Assembly (NCBI GenBank): GCA_045544855.1
Contig: JAZPZV010000023.1
Span: forward strand, 2,401-66,400
DNA from: Eubacteriales bacterium
GTDB lineage: Bacteria > Bacillota > Clostridia > Oscillospirales > CAG-382
Length of the DNA stretch: 64,000 nt
Reading direction: 5' to 3'
Shown here: positions 37,227 through 49,705 of the stretch, one piece after another
How positions within the stretch are numbered: position 1 is the first letter of the stretch
Layout of the letters: every line of letters begins with the position of its first letter
Program-made: the position numbers and the translations under genes
The notes under the pieces: model-generated
What the model saw: only the letters and a program-made list of their open reading frames with translations
What the model was told of the DNA's origin: nothing
The model's database searches: none

Positions 37227-38990
37227 TTACTTTGCTTTGGTATCTCTCTCGACAATGATCTTATCCATGAGTTCAGCCATGGAAAGACTGCCCAAATTGC
37301 CTTCCTTGCGGGAGCGGATGGAAACGGTGCCGTTTGCCATCTCCTCGTCGCCGATGACCAGCATATAGGGGATCTTTTCCAGCTGTGCCTCGCGGATCTT
37401 GTAGCCGATCTTCTCGTTGCGGGTATCCACCTCTGCACGGAAGCCTGCCTTCTTCAGCACCTCCAGGCACTGATAAGCGTAGTCTGCGTGACGGTCTGCG
37501 ATGGGCAGGAGGCGAACCTGCTCGGGCATCAGCCACAGGGGGAGAGCGCCTGCATACTTCTCGATGATGTAAGCCAAAGTGCGCTCAAAGCAGCCCAAGC
37601 TGGTGCGGTGGATGATATAGGGACGCTTTGCGGTGTTGTCGGAATCGGTGTATTCCATGCCGAACTTCTCAGCCAACAGCATATCGATCTGGATGGTGAC
37701 CAGAGTGTCTTCCTTGCCGTATACGTTGTGGTACTGAATGTCCAGCTTGGGACCGTAGAAGGCCGCCTCGTCGATGCCGATGGTGTATTCCACGCCCAGA
37801 TTGTCCAGAATCTTGGCCATGGTGTTCTGGGCTTCTTCCCACTGCTCGGCGGTGCCTTCGTACTTGTTCTTGGGGTTGGCGGGATCCCACTGGGAGAAGC
37901 GGAAGGTACAGTCCTCCAGCAGACCCACGGTATCTAAGAAGTACTTTGCCAGCTCCAGACAGCCCTTGAACTCCTCCTCCAGCTGATCGGGACGGAGGAT
38001 GTAGTGCCCCTCGGAGATGGTGAACTGACGCACACGGATCAGACCGTGCATCTCCCCGGATTCCTCGTTACGGAACAGGGTAGAGGTCTCGGTGAGGCGC
38101 ATGGGCAGATCGCGGTAGGAGCGCTTTCTGTTCAGATAGACCTGGTACTGGAAGGGGCAGGTCATGGGACGCATGGCGAAGCATTCCTTCTCTTCGTCTG
38201 CGGGGTCGCCGATGATGAACATACCGTCCAGATAGTGATCCCAGTGACCGGAAATGCGGTAAAGATCACGCTTTGCCATCAAAGGCGTCTTGGTAAGGAG
38301 ACAGCCCTTCTCCTGCTCAACGTCCTCCACCCATCTCTGCATAAGCTGTACCACTCTTGCGCCCTTGGGCAACAGCACGGGCAAGCCCTGACCGATGGAA
38401 TCCACGGTGGTGAAGTACTCCAGCTCTCTGCCAAGCTTGTTGTGGTCACGCTTCTTGGCTTCCTCCTGGGCAACCAGGTAGGCTTCCAGATCTTCCTTGT
38501 TCAGGAAAGCGGTGCCGTAGATACGGGTGAGCATCTTGCGGGAGGAATCGCCTCTCCAGTATGCGCCGGTGGCGGAGGTGAGCTTGAAGGCCTTGATCTT
38601 CTTGGTGTAGGAGACGTGAGGGCCTGCGCAAAGGTCGGTGAAATCCCCCTGCTTGTAGAAGGAAAGCTCCTCGTCCTCGGGGAGGTCGCCTATCAGCTCG
38701 ATCTTATAAGGCTCGTCCTTCATCAGCTCCAAAGCCTCGGCTCTGGGGAGGGTGAAGCGCTCGATCTTCAGATTGGCCTTGATGATGGCCTTCATTTCCG
38801 CCTCGATGGCCTCAAAATCCTCGGCGGTGAGAGGTCTGTCTCCGCAGTCGAAGTCGTAATAGAAGCCGTTATCAATGGCAGGGCCGATGGCCAGCTTTAC
38901 CTGGGGAAAAAGGTGTTTGACAGCCTGCGCCAGCACGTGAGAACAGGAATGTCTCAGGGTGCGCAGTTCGTCGTAGATGATGTCGCTCAT
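37227..38990 (-). CDS. thrS: Threonine--tRNA ligase
   Basis: HSCSH editing motif, DLCAGPH, RDHNKLG, PMTCP, FRNE.SG, AFYGPKLD, IHR, anticodon domain KIREAQ. Confidence 0.97.
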   Translation of the reverse strand: MSDIIYDELRTLRHSCSHVLAQAVKHLFPQVKLAIGPAIDNGFYYDFDCGDRPLTAEDFEAIEAEMKAIIKANLKIERFTLPRAEALELMKDEPYKIELIGDLPEDEELSFYKQGDFTDLCAGPHVSYTKKIKAFKLTSATGAYWRGDSSRKMLTRIYGTAFLNKEDLEAYLVAQEEAKKRDHNKLGRELEYFTTVDSIGQGLPVLLPKGARVVQLMQRWVEDVEQEKGCLLTKTPLMAKRDLYRISGHWDHYLDGMFIIGDPADEEKECFAMRPMTCPFQYQVYLNRKRSYRDLPMRLTETSTLFRNEESGEMHGLIRVRQFTISEGHYILRPDQLEEEFKGCLELAKYFLDTVGLLEDCTFRFSQWDPANPKNKYEGTAEQWEEAQNTMAKILDNLGVEYTIGIDEAAFYGPKLDIQYHNVYGKEDTLVTIQIDMLLAEKFGMEYTDSDNTAKRPYIIHRTSLGCFERTLAYIIEKYAGALPLWLMPEQVRLLPIADRHADYAYQCLEVLKKAGFRAEVDTRNEKIGYKIREAQLEKIPYMLVIGDEEMANGTVSIRSRKEGNLGSLSMAELMDKIIVERDTKAK

Positions 38991-39025
38991 AGTCGTAATG
39001 ATTCCTTTTTAGTTTAGGTTTTGCT

Positions 39026-39964
39026 TCAGGATTTTTTTAAAAAAGAGGATAAGGGGGTCGCCCCTTGGTTGTGGGAAAGCTGATGCTTTGCCTTGGCCAC
39101 CGCCCCGACGACAGGTTCTTTTTCCAAACGGAACAGGGTTGCCTGTGACGGGATATGCTTTGCCACCATTTCCATGGCAAGGGGATCTTTGAAGATGCCG
39201 CCTGCCAATGCCACGGAATAGGGCTTGCCCTCAAAGAGGCTTGCCGCCGTGGTGATCAGCTCGCCGATGTAGGCGAAGTTCTCCTCCAAAATGGCCAGCG
39301 CCGCAGGGTCATTTTCCCGCGCCGCGGCAAAGACCACGGGAGCAAAGGCGGCAAATTGCGTCTTGGTGTAGCCGTTGATCTCAAAAATGCTCTTGTGACA
39401 TCCTTCGGGGAACTTTGCGTCCATCATGGAAGCCAAAACGCCGTAGGTGTCTCTGCCGTCCAGGGTGCGGAACACGTGGGCAAAGGCGGCTTTTCCCATT
39501 TCGTAGCCGTTGCCTGTGAGATCGAACTGACCGTAGCCGCCGATGCGGTAGACGGTATCCTTTACCTTGGCAAAGCAGGAAGAACCCGTGCCGCAGATGA
39601 TGATGGCGCCGTCCTCCCCGTTGGGGAACCCGCCGTACAGCACGTTCATGCCGTCGTGGGAGCAATCGCAAAGGGCGTTGGGGAAGACTGTTCCCAATTT
39701 GTCCCGCAACAGCTCGTTCATTTTAAAGGAGGTGAGCCCTGCGATCCCCGCAAAGACGGAGGCTACTTCGCCCTGCTCCACCCCGTTTTCACGGCAGAGG
39801 GCGGTAAAGCCCTCCAAAAGCAGAGCCTCCATGGCCTCATAACCGATGTCCCCGGGGTTGGATCTCCCGCGGGTGCAGGAGGCGATGGGGTTTCCCTCGA
39901 TGTCGGCCAGAAGGAAGGCGGTCTTACTGCCGCCTCCGTCTGCGCCCAACAAATAGCGTTTCAT
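39026..39964 (-). CDS. BadF/BadG/BcrA/BcrD-type ATPase (N-acetylglucosamine kinase-like)
   Basis: GADGGGSKT, ICGTGS and RIGGYG ASKHA motifs. Confidence 0.85.
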   Translation of the reverse strand: MKRYLLGADGGGSKTAFLLADIEGNPIASCTRGRSNPGDIGYEAMEALLLEGFTALCRENGVEQGEVASVFAGIAGLTSFKMNELLRDKLGTVFPNALCDCSHDGMNVLYGGFPNGEDGAIIICGTGSSCFAKVKDTVYRIGGYGQFDLTGNGYEMGKAAFAHVFRTLDGRDTYGVLASMMDAKFPEGCHKSIFEINGYTKTQFAAFAPVVFAAARENDPAALAILEENFAYIGELITTAASLFEGKPYSVALAGGIFKDPLAMEMVAKHIPSQATLFRLEKEPVVGAVAKAKHQLSHNQGATPLSSFLKKS

Positions 39965-39968
39965 GGAC

Positions 39969-40454
39969 TTATTTCTTTTCGTCCAGCAGGGTCTTGATCT
40001 CGTTCAGAACGGCCAGGGTCTTCTCCTCAACGGTGGGCTCTGCGGGAGCGGGGGGAGGGGGAGGAGGAGCTGCTGCTTCCTCTTCCTCGCGAAGCGCTTC
40101 CATCTTCTTCTGGAATCTCATAGCGGAACGGATGATGACGAACAGGGTCAGCGCAACGATGAAGAAGTTGATCACGTAGGAAAGGAACAGACCGTAGGAG
40201 ATAGCCACCTCTGCGGTGACAACGTTGCCTGCTTCGTCCAACACCTCGGGGGTGAGAACGTACTTCAGGTCCACAAGGTCCTGGGTGTTGCAAAGGTTCC
40301 CGATGACGGGCATCAGGATGTGGTCAACCAGAGATTTTACGATCTGGTTGAAGGCAGTACCGATGATCATACCGACTGCCATATCAAGGATGTTACCCTT
40401 GGTGATGAAGGTCTTAAACTCTGTGAAGAAACCGGACTTCTTTTTCTTAGCCAT
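39969..40454 (-). CDS. mscL: Large-conductance mechanosensitive channel
   Basis: EFKTFITKGNILDMAVG, YGLFL..VINF, L.EIK.LL. Confidence 0.95.
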   Translation of the reverse strand: MAKKKKSGFFTEFKTFITKGNILDMAVGMIIGTAFNQIVKSLVDHILMPVIGNLCNTQDLVDLKYVLTPEVLDEAGNVVTAEVAISYGLFLSYVINFFIVALTLFVIIRSAMRFQKKMEALREEEEAAAPPPPPPAPAEPTVEEKTLAVLNEIKTLLDEKK

Positions 40455-40469
40455 TATGTATCCCTCCTT

Positions 40470-40664
40470 TTACGCAATAGCGGCGTTCAGCTTTGCCAGA
40501 AGGGTATCGGCATCGGTGCCGTGTACTTCGCAAGCCTGCTCGATGGATTCTCCGCGGGAGTGGGGGCAGCCAAGGCAGTGCATACCGATTTCAAAGAAAT
40601 ACTCTGCCAGCTGGGGGTACTGATCCAGCACGTCGCCGATCAGCATGTCTTTGGTGATTTTCAT
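40470..40664 (-). CDS. DUF1858 domain-containing protein
   Basis: ITKDM.IG...GMHCLGCP...ESIEQAC.VHG. Confidence 0.9.
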   Translation of the reverse strand: MKITKDMLIGDVLDQYPQLAEYFFEIGMHCLGCPHSRGESIEQACEVHGTDADTLLAKLNAAIA

Positions 40665-40677
40665 AGTGGGATCTCCT

Positions 40678-43242
40678 TTATTTTTCTTTTTTCTTTTTCG
40701 ATCTGAAGAAGAGGAACAGCTGTACCACCCCTTGCCACAGGGCTACCAAAGCACCGGCGAGCAACAACTGCTTCCAGGTGGGCAGGACAAACAGCCCGGG
40801 GACGAACAGCAACAGCCCGCAATACGCCGCCAGACAGGGGAAGGTGATCCAAAGGGCTCTGCTTCCGAAGCGGCCGCGGCGGAGGGCGCCTTCCTCATAC
40901 AGGCACCCGCAGGCGTATAAGAATTGGGAGAGCAACCCTCCCGGGAACAGGCAGGCGGAGCTGCCGGTAAACAGGAACGCAAGATACAGCACCACGCCGT
41001 TGCCCAACCCGAAGAGGATGGGGGAAAGGGCTTCCCGACGGTAGGTCTTTTTGCCGGGGGCGGGGACTTGGTAGTTGAGAATGGAGCGGTCGGTGGGCAG
41101 CAACGCCACCACGGTGGCCAATACAAGGTTTCCCACCACGCCGCCGAACAATACCTCGGGCAGTCCGTAGGGGAGTGCGCCTCCCGCAAACAGACCGATC
41201 AGCAGGCAGATAAACCAACTGCACACCCCTGCGGTCAACAGCTGTAACAGCCAGCGCAAACGGAAATACAGCATTTTCGCCCCTGCAATGGCGGAAGCAA
41301 ACACCTGAAAGCCGTTTTCCGTCATCAAAAGGTCTGCGCTTTCCCGCAGGATGTCCTTTTCGTTTTTGGGCACGGCGGAGATATCCGCTTCTCTCAACAG
41401 AGGGATGTGGGATTCCTCCGTGCCGGTGGCCAGCACCGTTCTGCCCCCTTCCTTTCGGAGGCGGAGGGCATCCAGCCATTGCTCCTGGGTGGGCTCCAAG
41501 AACACTTTATATTTCCCGGAATTCAGTACGTACATACCTCTGTCGGAGGCTTCGATCTCACGGGAGCTGATCATCTCGCCCTCGTTTTCGATGATGCCAA
41601 CGCTTTTGGCAATGCCTGCGGCGGTATGGTAGGGATCGTCGGTGGAAAGCACGCATTCGATCCCCGCCTTGGAGGTGCGGTAGATGCCCCCTGCCATGTC
41701 TACCTCCATGGAGAGGCGGAAGGCCAGGAAGCCGCGGAAGATCAGCCGCCGCTCCACAAGGGGGCTTTGCAGGCTTTCTTCCTTGGTGACTCCCGAGGCA
41801 ACGGCCACTAAGTAAGCCATGTTGCGGGTGGCACGCTCTGCGGCGGAAAGGATCTTTTTCCGTGCGGCAGGAGTCATTTTGTATTCCTTGCCGTTGGATT
41901 CGTATCCCGCACAGGCGGCAAGAACGTTCTCGGGAGCGCCCTTGATCACCACGCGGTTGTGGTCTTTGTTCAGAGAGATGACTCGGTCAACCTCCCCCTC
42001 TTCGTTCCTTGCGGTGTCCACACGGAACCATTCCTCCGTCAGCTCCGTCAAGGGGATACAGCGATCCCGCAAGTAGGCGGAGGTGACTTCGTCGTAGCCG
42101 TGGAGGGCGCGGGGAAACTCCGAACACACCAGGGAAAGCTTCAGGATCTCCTGCATGGCGTGGTTGGGGGGGATCTCTGCGGAATACAGCTTCCCGCCTG
42201 CAAAAACGCTGTCCAAAACGGGCTTTTTGGGAGGGAAGGTAAGCTCCTTGGGGCACATCACCGTGTTCACACGGGCCAAGCGGGTGATCTTATCCAGATT
42301 CCGCAGGACTGCACCCTTCTGCTCGGGCTTTCTCAATCCGTCCCCAAAAGAGAGACAGGCCAGCGACAAGGCGACGTCACACAGAGAAACCGCCGCAGTA
42401 GCCGCAGAAAGAGCAAGCATGGTGCCAAGGCCTCTGCCCATCAGCGCTCCGATAACGGAAAGCAGGAAGCAACCCAGCAATCCCAACAGGGAAAGGCGGC
42501 GACAATATTCCCGCACGTGGGCCAGTAGGGGAGGCAGATAGTCTTTTTTAGAGGTGCGGATCTGACGCAGCAGGGTATGATCCCCCGTGCGGCACACCAT
42601 GGCAAGGCAGGAGCCGCCGGTGATCAGCGTGCCTGCGTACACCATGTTCCCGCTGACGGCTTCTTCCTCCTTGGCGGGGATGCGGCAGGATTTCCGCACT
42701 GCGGAGCGGACACCGCTGACAGGGGTCTCCAAAGCGGACAAACGTCCGTCATCCTCCAGAATGCGGGCATCGGCGGGCACCAGATTGCCCTGCTCCAGAT
42801 ACAGCAGGTCTCCCGGCACCAGCAGGCGGCTGTCCGTCTTTTGGGTTTTTCCGTCGCGGACCACCTGCACCGCCAAGGCGGAATATTTCTCCCGCTTCCA
42901 AAGAATGCGGGCGGCGATCAGCTCCCAAATAGCGCCAACGCCCCAGGTGAACAGCCCAAGCCCCATGGAGATCAGGTAGATGTTGTCCTGCAAGAACAGG
43001 TACAGCACCAGCATGGTGGCGATGAAAAGCAGGCTCACCATGCCCCGCAATTGGCTTTTGATCCCTTCGGCGGGGCGGAGGGCAAACTCCTTGCGGAACA
43101 GATTCTTTCCGTGGAGGCGGAGACGGTAGCGGGCTTGCCTTTGGGTCAAGCCGCTTTGCCCGTGGGATTCCAGATGGAAGACAAGCTCCTCCGGGGAGCA
43201 GGTCTGGGGAACGAAGGTCTCGGTCTCTTTGGTTGTCTGCAC
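40678..43242 (-). CDS. P-type (P2-like) cation-transporting ATPase homolog with degenerate catalytic motifs
   Basis: GLT..QA..RL..HG.N, LVPGD, VPADAR and KGAPE retained; DKTGT, TGES, PEGL and GDGxND not present. Confidence 0.8.
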   Translation of the reverse strand: MQTTKETETFVPQTCSPEELVFHLESHGQSGLTQRQARYRLRLHGKNLFRKEFALRPAEGIKSQLRGMVSLLFIATMLVLYLFLQDNIYLISMGLGLFTWGVGAIWELIAARILWKREKYSALAVQVVRDGKTQKTDSRLLVPGDLLYLEQGNLVPADARILEDDGRLSALETPVSGVRSAVRKSCRIPAKEEEAVSGNMVYAGTLITGGSCLAMVCRTGDHTLLRQIRTSKKDYLPPLLAHVREYCRRLSLLGLLGCFLLSVIGALMGRGLGTMLALSAATAAVSLCDVALSLACLSFGDGLRKPEQKGAVLRNLDKITRLARVNTVMCPKELTFPPKKPVLDSVFAGGKLYSAEIPPNHAMQEILKLSLVCSEFPRALHGYDEVTSAYLRDRCIPLTELTEEWFRVDTARNEEGEVDRVISLNKDHNRVVIKGAPENVLAACAGYESNGKEYKMTPAARKKILSAAERATRNMAYLVAVASGVTKEESLQSPLVERRLIFRGFLAFRLSMEVDMAGGIYRTSKAGIECVLSTDDPYHTAAGIAKSVGIIENEGEMISSREIEASDRGMYVLNSGKYKVFLEPTQEQWLDALRLRKEGGRTVLATGTEESHIPLLREADISAVPKNEKDILRESADLLMTENGFQVFASAIAGAKMLYFRLRWLLQLLTAGVCSWFICLLIGLFAGGALPYGLPEVLFGGVVGNLVLATVVALLPTDRSILNYQVPAPGKKTYRREALSPILFGLGNGVVLYLAFLFTGSSACLFPGGLLSQFLYACGCLYEEGALRRGRFGSRALWITFPCLAAYCGLLLFVPGLFVLPTWKQLLLAGALVALWQGVVQLFLFFRSKKKKEK

Positions 43243-43278
43243 CCGGGATCACGCTCCTTTCCCACGGGAGAAGATGGA

Positions 43279-45548
<2,270 letters not shown>

Positions 45549-45552
<4 letters not shown>

Positions 45553-46124
45553 TCCTTGTTTCTCCTCATGTTCTCAAAATGTTTGATCCCGTAAAGTCCG
45601 CGGAAGATCTTTACGTAATACATGATCAGCGCGAACAGAATGGTAACGATCAGCAACCCGCAGAGAATAGCGTTCAGCACGGCGTTGTGAGGATACAGGA
45701 TCATGGTAATGGTCAATACGAAGATCACGGCAGTGGCAAGCTTTCCGTACCAGAAAGATGCCACTACGCTGTGCTTTGCCCGCAGGACGATAATGGCGCC
45801 TACCATCATGGTCAGCTCCTTCAAGGAGAAGAGGATGAGAAGCACCAAGGGGATGATAAACATATCATCGTCCTTGAAATCAATGGTCAAGCAAAGCAAA
45901 ACGGTAAATTGCATAAGCTTATCCGCCACGGGGTCGAGGATCTTGCCCACGTTGGTGATCCAGTTGTTCCGTCTTGCCAGGTAACCGTCCAGCACGTCCG
46001 TTGCGGAGGCAAAGAAGAATACGCCTGCCGCCGCCATGCGGTTTCCCTGCCAGAATACCCACACGAAGACGGGAATACAAAGCAAACGGATCACGGATAA
46101 GATGTTGGGAATTTGTTTTTTCAT
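45549..46124 (-). CDS. pgsA: CDP-alcohol phosphatidyltransferase (PgsA-like)
   Basis: PN.LS..R and D..DG.LAR...G..LDPVADK signature. Confidence 0.8.
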
Positions 46125-46170
46125 GGTTTATGTGCCCCTTAAGTTATACGTCTATGGGTTGGAAAAATTG

Positions 46171-46878
46171 TCAGAACAGGAATTTCAGAATTTGGATCGC
46201 ATCAAAGAGGCGGAACAGAATGGTTTCTTCGGGGTCCAAAGAAGCGAAAAGGTCCCAACCGATGGCGGTTGCCACGGTGGCGATCACGCTGACCACGGCG
46301 CAGAAGATGAGCACCCGCACGAAGGCCAGCAACACGCCCAACAGGAGGCCCAGCAGGGTGTTGAAGGTGCGGATAACGGGGATCTTTTCCACAATGCCGG
46401 TGAGCAGCTTTCCAAAGAGCTTAAGCAACAAAACGGTTCCGAAGAACAAGATCAGCGTGGAGAGGGCTCTCATCACCAACGAGGTGACGGGATCGGCTAT
46501 GTAGTTTACGATCTTCTTCTGCAGCTTATCCTCTTCCTCGGCAAGGTGATCCTCCACCCACTCGGAAAAATCCTCGGTATCGACGCCCAGGGTATCCATG
46601 GCGGAATACAAAGCGCTGTCGGAGTCCTGTGCCAATTCGGTGATGCTGGTCTTTTCCGTCAGCCCTTCCACAAAGTTTTCCACGCCGCCGTAGACCGCAT
46701 CCCCCAACGGAGTGGAGACCAGTGCGCCGGCCAGCAGGCCGGTAAAGCAAGCTACCACGATCAAAGCGATCAAAGAGCTTGCGGCGGAAACCACGGTCTT
46801 GATAAAGCCGCGCTTTGCAGCCATCACGATGGTCATGACCGCAATGACGAGAATGATAAGATCAACGAGAATGTTCAT
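46171..46878 (-). CDS. CvpA (colicin V production) family membrane protein
   Basis: D.IIL...KRGFI and IP.I..FN.LLG.LLG pattern. Confidence 0.75.
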   Translation of the reverse strand: MNILVDLIILVIAVMTIVMAAKRGFIKTVVSAASSLIALIVVACFTGLLAGALVSTPLGDAVYGGVENFVEGLTEKTSITELAQDSDSALYSAMDTLGVDTEDFSEWVEDHLAEEEDKLQKKIVNYIADPVTSLVMRALSTLILFFGTVLLLKLFGKLLTGIVEKIPVIRTFNTLLGLLLGVLLAFVRVLIFCAVVSVIATVATAIGWDLFASLDPEETILFRLFDAIQILKFLF

Positions 46879-48115
46879 AAGATTCCTCCTTGCTTGTAAC
46901 AGTCAATCTGTACGTTAAGTTTTTTTCAAAAATAACGGGAGTGCCGTCATCGTCAAACAGTAATTGGGCCGCTTCCTCTCTGGCAGGGTAAACGACGGGC
47001 TCTTCCCCGGAAAGAACGGTGAGCTTATCGGCGGAGAGCAGATACAGGGTGTCCTCGTGATACCGCAGGTCGATGGGGATCCCCTCGCAGGGGGTGTGGA
47101 CGACCGTCTTGCCTTCGCTGTTGTACACCGTCAGCGTCACGCCGTCGGAAAGTCCTTTTCCCGTGGTGATCAACGCCAGGACTCCGTTCCCGAAGCGGCA
47201 GTTGGCAAGACCCGCCCCCTCTACGGAAAGGGTCTCCGTGGGGGTGTTGCTTTCCCCGTCGTAGAACCGCACCGCAGAGCCGGTGAGCACCGCGTAATCC
47301 CCGTTTTCCATGTAGCCTACCATCAGGGGAAGCTCCCCCGTGTAGGTGGCGGAAAACAGCGGGTCTTCCTCCTTTACGGAATAGACCTGCAGCAGGGTGC
47401 GGAGGTAACCGCCTCCCGCCTCGTGGCCCAAGGCCAGGAATCTGCTTCCGTCGGGGGAAAGGGCGATGTAATCGATGTAGGTGTTGCTCAGCAGACGCTT
47501 ATAGATCTGCCGTGCGTAGGCGTCGTAAACGTAAATGGCACTGCGGTAGTTCTTTTCCGCGGTGATCACGGCGAAGTGACCGGAATCCACGGCGGAAAAG
47601 CCGTAGATGGGATAATCCATGGAAAGGCGTGCCAATTGGGAGTAGGAATTGAACATCCGCACCTCGTTGCCCCCCAGATCGTAAGCAAAGATGTTCTGGG
47701 TGGTGGCCACCAAGCGGGGATCCTCCATGCGGAAGCTTTCGGAGAACATCTTGTTCCCCACCGTGCCCGCTTCACGGCTGTATACCGTAAGCCCGTCGGT
47801 GTTCAGCACCGCAAGGTCGCCCTTGAACAAAGCGCCTCGGTTGGACTCTCCGTAATCGTAGCGGACCTCCGCCGTCTCGGAAACGTCAACCTCCGTCAGA
47901 TCCAGAAATTTCAACATATAGCGGAAATTTTCTGCGGTAAGCACGTCCCCGTGGGCGGCAAAGCCGTACACCACGAAAAGCACCGTCAAAAGCAGACAGA
48001 TATACCGCAGGTGGGATACCCGCCGTGCTTTCTTCTCGTAATACTGTTCCACGGTGGGCGTTTCCGTATTCTTTTTTTGCTTTTTGCGGTCGGTAAAAAT
48101 GGAAAACGCAGACAC
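46862..48115 (-). CDS. Membrane-anchored beta-propeller protein (DUF5711-like)
   Basis: Single N-terminal TM then repeated beta-strand blades (YDLGG, ALSPDG); located before cvpA. Confidence 0.65.
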   Translation of the reverse strand: MSAFSIFTDRKKQKKNTETPTVEQYYEKKARRVSHLRYICLLLTVLFVVYGFAAHGDVLTAENFRYMLKFLDLTEVDVSETAEVRYDYGESNRGALFKGDLAVLNTDGLTVYSREAGTVGNKMFSESFRMEDPRLVATTQNIFAYDLGGNEVRMFNSYSQLARLSMDYPIYGFSAVDSGHFAVITAEKNYRSAIYVYDAYARQIYKRLLSNTYIDYIALSPDGSRFLALGHEAGGGYLRTLLQVYSVKEEDPLFSATYTGELPLMVGYMENGDYAVLTGSAVRFYDGESNTPTETLSVEGAGLANCRFGNGVLALITTGKGLSDGVTLTVYNSEGKTVVHTPCEGIPIDLRYHEDTLYLLSADKLTVLSGEEPVVYPAREEAAQLLFDDDGTPVIFEKNLTYRLTVTSKEESYEHSR

Positions 48116-48143
48116 AAAAACACTCCGTAGAAATCAGATGGCG

Positions 48144-48875
48144 TTAGTAAAACACTTTCTCCAGACAAAGTCCCGTGGGGGGCATGGTACGACCCGCCGC
48201 ACTGCGGTCCTTGGCTTCCAGAATGGAAGCGGGGGTCCCTGCCAATACTCCGTCGTGAAGATCCAGCACGGTACCCACCAGAATGCGCACCATGTTGTAT
48301 AAGAATCCGTCGGCAGATACGGTAAACAGCACCGTATCACCCTCTCGTTTGCAGGAAAACTCGTAAACCGTTCGCAAGGTATCCTCAATGTCGCTGCCCG
48401 CCGCCATGAAGGAGCGGAAATCATGCTTCCCCGTAAAGGATTTGCAAAGGGCGTCGCAAGCCGTTTCGTCAATAGGCTTCTGCCAAAGAGAAGCGGTCTG
48501 TGCGGTAAAGGGGTCTTTCACACGGGAATTGCGGATACGGTAGACGTATTCCTTTCCCTTGGCGTCGTAGCGGGGGTGAAATTCCGTGGGGACCTCCCAC
48601 GCCTCCAGCACGGAGATGTCCTCCGGCAGGCGACTGCCCAACGCCAGGGGGATCTTTTCCGTGGGAATGCTTGGGGGGATGCCCTCCGCCTTACACACGA
48701 AACCTCTGGCGTGGACTCCTGCATCGGTGCGGGAACAGCCCGTAACGGTGCCGCGAGTGCCGAAGGCGGCCTCCATGGCATCCTGCAAAGCTTCCTGCAC
48801 ACTTTTGCCGTTTTTCTGCACCTGCCAGCCGCAGTAACGGGTGCCCAGATAGGCGATCCTCAAGGCCGCCGTCAT
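48144..48875 (-). CDS. truA: tRNA pseudouridine(38-40) synthase
   Basis: Y.GWQ.Q, SRTDAGVHA, FHPRY, HDF.SF, GFLYNMVR; ATG 48875 overlaps the ecfT stop. Confidence 0.95.
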   Translation of the reverse strand: MTAALRIAYLGTRYCGWQVQKNGKSVQEALQDAMEAAFGTRGTVTGCSRTDAGVHARGFVCKAEGIPPSIPTEKIPLALGSRLPEDISVLEAWEVPTEFHPRYDAKGKEYVYRIRNSRVKDPFTAQTASLWQKPIDETACDALCKSFTGKHDFRSFMAAGSDIEDTLRTVYEFSCKREGDTVLFTVSADGFLYNMVRILVGTVLDLHDGVLAGTPASILEAKDRSAAGRTMPPTGLCLEKVFY

Positions 48876-49705
48876 AAAGCAAAGGCTCCCAGGGTGAAGG
48901 ACAGATAGTGATTCATAAAGGGGACTGCCACGCAAAGGGCGATAAACAACAGCAGGAACAGGTAATCGGAGGGGCGGCTCTTCATCACCTTCAGCTTGGT
49001 GCGTCCGTCGCCGCCGCGGTAGCAACGGCATTCCATGGCCTCCGCCAGCTCATCCGCTCTGCGGAAGGCAGAGACGAACAGGGGGATCAGCACGGGGATC
49101 AAGGCCTTGGCCTTCTTGATCAGGCCGCCGTCGTCAAAATCCGCACCTCTGGCTTTTTGAGCGGAGATGATCTTATCCGTCTCCTCGATAAGGGTGGGGA
49201 TGAAGCGCAAGGCGATGGTCATCATCATGGCGAACTCGTGGACGGGCACGCGGATCTTACGCAAAGGACCGAAGAGAGATTCAATGGCATCCGTCAGTGC
49301 CAAGGGGCTGGTGGTGTAGGACAGGAGAATGCTGCTCCCCGCCACCAGACAGATCAGGCGGATCATCATAAACACCGCAGTGCGGATGCCTTCGGGGTAG
49401 ATGGTAATGATCCACCACTCTACCAAAGGCGTCTCCCCGGTGGTGAAAAACAGGTTGATGGCTCCCGTGAACAACAGCACGAAGAATACGGGCTTCAAGG
49501 AGCCAAGCAACACGGAAAAGCGAATGCGGGAGGAAACGGCCAGCGCAACCGTCACTCCAAGGACCAAAGCCATGGAGGCGGCGTTCTGCGCCAACAGCGC
49601 AAAGACCATAAAGATCACCAGCACCACCAGCTTGATGCGGGGATCGGCCTTGTGCAAAAAGGAATTCCCGGGGAAAAACTGGCCCAGGGTCACGTCTTTC
49701 AGCAT
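48872..49705 (-). CDS. ecfT: ECF transporter transmembrane component EcfT
   Basis: TLGQFFPG.S.LH..DPR.K, ALRFIP, AQKARG, AMECR. Confidence 0.93.
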   Translation of the reverse strand: MLKDVTLGQFFPGNSFLHKADPRIKLVVLVIFMVFALLAQNAASMALVLGVTVALAVSSRIRFSVLLGSLKPVFFVLLFTGAINLFFTTGETPLVEWWIITIYPEGIRTAVFMMIRLICLVAGSSILLSYTTSPLALTDAIESLFGPLRKIRVPVHEFAMMMTIALRFIPTLIEETDKIISAQKARGADFDDGGLIKKAKALIPVLIPLFVSAFRRADELAEAMECRCYRGGDGRTKLKVMKSRPSDYLFLLLFIALCVAVPFMNHYLSFTLGAFAL

